Shown: positions 59,996 to 64,000 of the stretch, piece by piece
How positions within the stretch are numbered: position 1 is the first letter of the stretch
How the letters are laid out: every line of letters starts with the position of its first letter
Assembly (NCBI GenBank): GCA_977017645.1
Contig: OZ360221.1
Location: 134,478,001 to 134,542,000, forward strand
DNA from: Torpedo marmorata
Taxonomy: Eukaryota
Reading direction: 5' to 3'
Length of the DNA: 64,000 nucleotides
Made by a program: the position numbers and the translations under genes
The notes under the pieces: model-generated
Told to the model about the DNA's origin: nothing
Seen by the model: only the letters and a program-made list of their open reading frames with translations
Database searches by the model: none

Positions 59996-61859
59996 AAGGA
60001 TTAAATCTCTTTCTGATTTTTTTCCTGATGTGATGCCCATGTTGTTTTATCTGTAATTTCTTGAAACTTCAGACCAGATGTGGATGGACAGTTTCAAAAG
60101 TTGCCTGCAGAGTGTCATCACAGTTCCAGGGGCAGAGTTTCTTTGGGCTTTGACCTAGGGCCAACCACCTTGGCCTGTTCCACCAATGCCTCTTCTTGCA
60201 TCACAAGATAGGATGCTTGCTGATGATTGTAAAATGTTCAATTCAATTCACAATTATCAAACTCAAAGAGTTCTGTGCCTGTATGCACCAAGACATAGAC
60301 AACATTCATGTATAAGCTAATACATAGGAAGTAACTCTCGTGCCAAACATGAGCCAGAAGATTATCATCAACAATCTATTCTTGGCATTCAAAGGCAATA
60401 TCTTTGCCAAGTCCCCACCTTCAGTGTTTTAGTGGTCACCCTCAAACTCTGTGGCAACATAGTTTCACAGAGTGCTGGCAACACTTGAACACTCTTGTGA
60501 CACCCTGCCAACAGTGTCTTTCAGCCTCACTTTTAAATGTTTAACATTGTATACAATGATTCGCTGGTTCTCCTGTTGACATTTCAAAATGTCCCCTCCA
60601 TCCACAAGTCAGGAGCACCTGGATGAGTGGAGTTCTAATAACACTCAAGAAACTGGACAACATTCAGGACAATGTCCATTTAATTGGCACTGCATTCCTT
60701 ACTTTAAATATTCATTCTCTTCACAATGCACATTGCTTTGTTGTGTCACAGCTACAAAATGCATTGCAGTTATTCATCAAGGTTACCATGACAGCACTTC
60801 TGAAACCATTGGCCTTTACCAAAAAGAAGGACAAGGTCAACAAACAAATGGGACTTTTCCACTACAGGTTCCCCACCAAGTTGCACAGTATCCTGCCTCT
60901 GGGTTTCATCATCGTTGCTGGACATAAATCTTGAAACTCTCTAATCAACAACACTGAGAGTTCCATCACCCTAATCACCTTTCATGGGCCTATCCTGCCC
61001 TATCACTATAGTGTTCTCCAGCTCTACAACCCACTGAGAAATCTGTGCTCTTCCAGCCCTGGCCACTTGTACATTCCAGATTTCTTTTACAATCTCATTG
61101 TCTTCAACTGTCTGGACATAATGCTCTGGAATTCCCTCTCTGGAAGACTCTGTCTTTCTAACTCATTTTCCACTTTTAAGATGCTCCTTAAAATCTGGCA
61201 CATTTACAAAGCATTTAATCACCTGGCATTTTGTTAACTTTTGTCCATTACATCTCCTGTGAAGTACCTTGGGATGTATTACTGTGTTTAAAATGTTATT
61301 ATGTTTGATGCACTCTGTTAGGAGCCTTCTTAAAGATGTTTTATAAATACCAATTGTTGTCTGAAGGCCAGCAAATACGTTTTGAAAAGCTGGAAAAAGC
61401 TGGTATAATGTTACAAAAATTGAATCTCGGAAAGGCATTGGAAGAAAAAAAATGACATGAAAATTGTTAGGTATCAGAGTGAACAAGCGCAGTAAAGAAA
61501 TGTAAAATTAAGCCTAACAAAAAAAGACTAATGATAGAAGGGAAAGGGTGAAGAGAATTGAAGGAACACCTGAGGTCTCAAATTCTGAAGTAACTTCCCT
61601 CATTCAATGGTCTTCATCTTTTCAATTCTGGCTTCAAATAACATTTGCTCCATCATTTCTAGAAGTTTTTTTTCCCCCTGGTCTTTTTTATTGATTTTGG
61701 GTAATTAATGCAGGTATCCAGTTTCAAGAAGCAGATTTCTGAACAGAAAAAGATGGATTGATAATCCCCTAAATACTTTTTAATTAAAAGCTATTCATGG
61801 AAAGGCATTTCAGCATGGCTGTCTAGTTTGAATTCAGCCAATTAATAATTATAATATGT

Positions 61860-62045
61860 TTATTACCTAGAAGTGTTGTTCTTCAGGTTTCTGTGCCTTT
61901 TGCCTGAGGGTAGCAGTAAGAAGAGGTTATGACCAAGGTGATGGGGCTCCTTTATGATGTTGGCTGTCTTTTTGAGGCAGTGCCTCACATAGAAGTCTGA
62001 AGTGGATGGGTCAGAGCCATTTACTACCTTCTGTAGCCTTAATGA
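61860..62045 (-). mobile_element. Rex1-like LINE 3' fragment
   Basis: CLKKTANIIKEPHHLGHNLFLLLPSGKRHR motif. Confidence 0.7.
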
Positions 62046-62467
62046 TAGCAATCTGACAAATTTTACCACAATCTGATGTTTATTTACTGCTATCAGAATT
62101 CATGTAAAGGATTACAATTACAGAAACTGCATTTATTCATTTCTTTTTAATAGTTGCTTCATTTTACACTTTAAAGATGTGCAGGGGACCGGGAATGTAC
62201 TAAGTGCACATTCCATTGATCATACACTCATCTCATTGAATTGGTGCACTGTGGGCTAGACATTAATCTAGAAAATGCTAAATCTGTTAACTGCTAAGAT
62301 TTAATTTATGGCTGGGTGTAAAAAATGAGGAAATCCTCAGAGCTACTCCCATCACCACTAGTTTTATGACATTGCAAGTCTGAAGCCTCATTTGCATCTG
62401 TAATCTTCATCTTCTAACACAATCCTCGTAATGACAACAGATCTTTAAGAAATGTCTTTATCGATGT

Positions 62468-62774
62468 GGAGGGGAGGGTTCGGAGTCGGGCGTCGGGAGC
62501 TCCGGTGTGCGGTAGGCCAAGGGGAGGGTTTGGAGTCGGGGTGTCGGGAGCTCCGGTGTGCGGTAGGCCAAGGGGAGGGTTTGAAGTCGGGGTGTCGGGA
62601 GCTCCGGTGTGCGGTAGGCCGAGGGGAGGGTTTGGAGTCGGGGCGTCGGAAGCTCCGGTGTGGGGTAGGCCGAGGGGAGGGTTCGGAGTCGGGGCGTCGG
62701 GAGCTCCGGTGTGCGGTAGGCCGAGGGGAGGGTTTGGAGTCGGGGCATCGGGAGCTCCAGTGTGCGGTAGGCCA
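62468..62774. repeat. G-rich 51-bp minisatellite, about 6 copies
   Basis: Unit ggggagggtttggagtcggggcgtcgggagctccggtgtgcggtaggcc(a/g)a. Confidence 0.92.
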
Positions 62775-64000
62775 ATTCTAATTTTGATTTTAAATATAAA
62801 TAACAATTATGTACTTCCTTTAAAACTGTATCTTCCTTAAGTTTCTTAAGTTCCTTGTGTTTTGGTGTTAAATACAAAATAAAAATGTATAATTAATTTA
62901 AAATTTGGTATGCATCGTGGATGTGCGCACATTAATTTCCTTTGTGCGCTGGTTGCAAAACGTGTGTGCGCGCGCACACGCGCAGACCTTTGAGGGAACA
63001 GTGGTCGTGGCACCTTTTTTATGTGCTCGTTTCCACGGACCTTAAAACCTGGCTTCGCCCCTGGTTATGTGTTGATATTTTAAGCAAGTATCATGACCGT
63101 AAGCATGCTGGTTACTAGATCCAAAACTTTAATAGATGTAATAATGTGTTTGCAGGATTCCCCAAGTATTTGCTAAATGCACTGCACAATGTGGAACTGA
63201 ACTAGTCTTAAGTTTGATCACTGCTTTTGGTTACAAATGGTTAACATTTGCTTAAATGCTTTAGGCAAAGGGGAGGTGAGCAAATCCATCAGTTTTCAAA
63301 TAACGCAGATAGTTAATGCAGTGAAAGCAACTGTGTGTCTGAAAACAACATCAGGTTGTGCCAGGATGTGTCTTAATTTTTGAAGTGACTGTTTTACTTA
63401 CTGATGAGCTGTTAATAAGAAGTGTATCTATAGACTAGATGATGCTTGATGCCAATTAGTCTTTAATCTACCAATTTAATTTTTTTAATATAACAAAATA
63501 TGGTGACCAAAGCAAGAAAAAGACAAACTGAATGTAATTTAGTATTTTGAATCCCCTTGCAATGATTGAGAAGAGTTATCCACATTAGCGACTGGATTTA
63601 CAAGAGAGCAAATTTACCTTCCTCACCAATTATTGTCAAATAGCTGAACATTAATCTTATAACTGTTTACAAGTTAACAGCTTCCAAGAAGACAAGGGGA
63701 ATCCACAAAAATTAGTGTTAGGAAATCTATCAGTTCCTTCAGACTCATTCTTCTCTGAAGTAGGTGAAATATCAGAGCTATTATTAATCATTTGTCGTTG
63801 CCTTAGGCAAAGTCACTAAAGCAGTAGAATGCTTCTCAAAAAGATAAGCGGAGACTAGATTTAATCGCAAACCTTCTTAGTAAATTTATTGAAACTTGAT
63901 GACATTTTTTCAATCATTTACAGTAAGATGGTACAATTGATTTGGGATATCATTGGTGGGAACTACAAGAGATAAGGCTTGAGATGTTATCTTCCAGCTT

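Noticed and set aside
62414-62877. Pro-rich repeat ORFs (LPHTGAPDAPTPNPPLG)n
   Set aside because: Open in several frames on both strands because of a 51-bp GC-rich minisatellite; no splice or homology support.
55358-64000. Next RAPGEF5 exon (expected YSAKKYQG-like)
   Set aside because: Not found by eye; TCCTTAA-like sites near 59385 and 62834 are not followed by an AC acceptor with the expected peptide.

Overview
Eukaryotic (vertebrate) genomic DNA, most likely a cartilaginous fish given the repeat repertoire (CR1/HER1-like LINEs, Rex1-like LINEs, V-SINE, Deu-domain SINEs, Penelope-like ends). The window lies inside a + strand RAPGEF5 gene: coding exons at 20819-20934, 21283-21371 (extendable 5' to an ATG at 21077 for the short isoform) and 55270-55348, the last followed by a U12-type AT-AC donor. 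The rest is intronic and packed with transposons: a very young non-autonomous BEL/Pao LTR element (362-6382), three Gypsy proviruses, solo LTRs, a full-length decayed L1, LINE fragments, MITEs and SINEs. Two observations stand out. (1) The BEL/Pao element has lost RT/RNase H/most of integrase but keeps one intact ~1256-aa ORF in which Gag-protease is fused to a C-terminal segment resembling the host coiled-coil protein MIPOL1 and to an N-terminal SAFB/SLTM-like SAP domain, suggesting a recently mobile host-gene-capturing retroelement. (2) Three LTR elements from two superfamilies lack a tRNA primer-binding site and instead carry, just after the 5' LTR, a perfect reverse complement of an LTR-internal sequence, with different paired sequences in each family, suggesting self-priming and/or poly(A)-signal occlusion. 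Protein-family assignments are from recalled sequences and motifs, not database searches.
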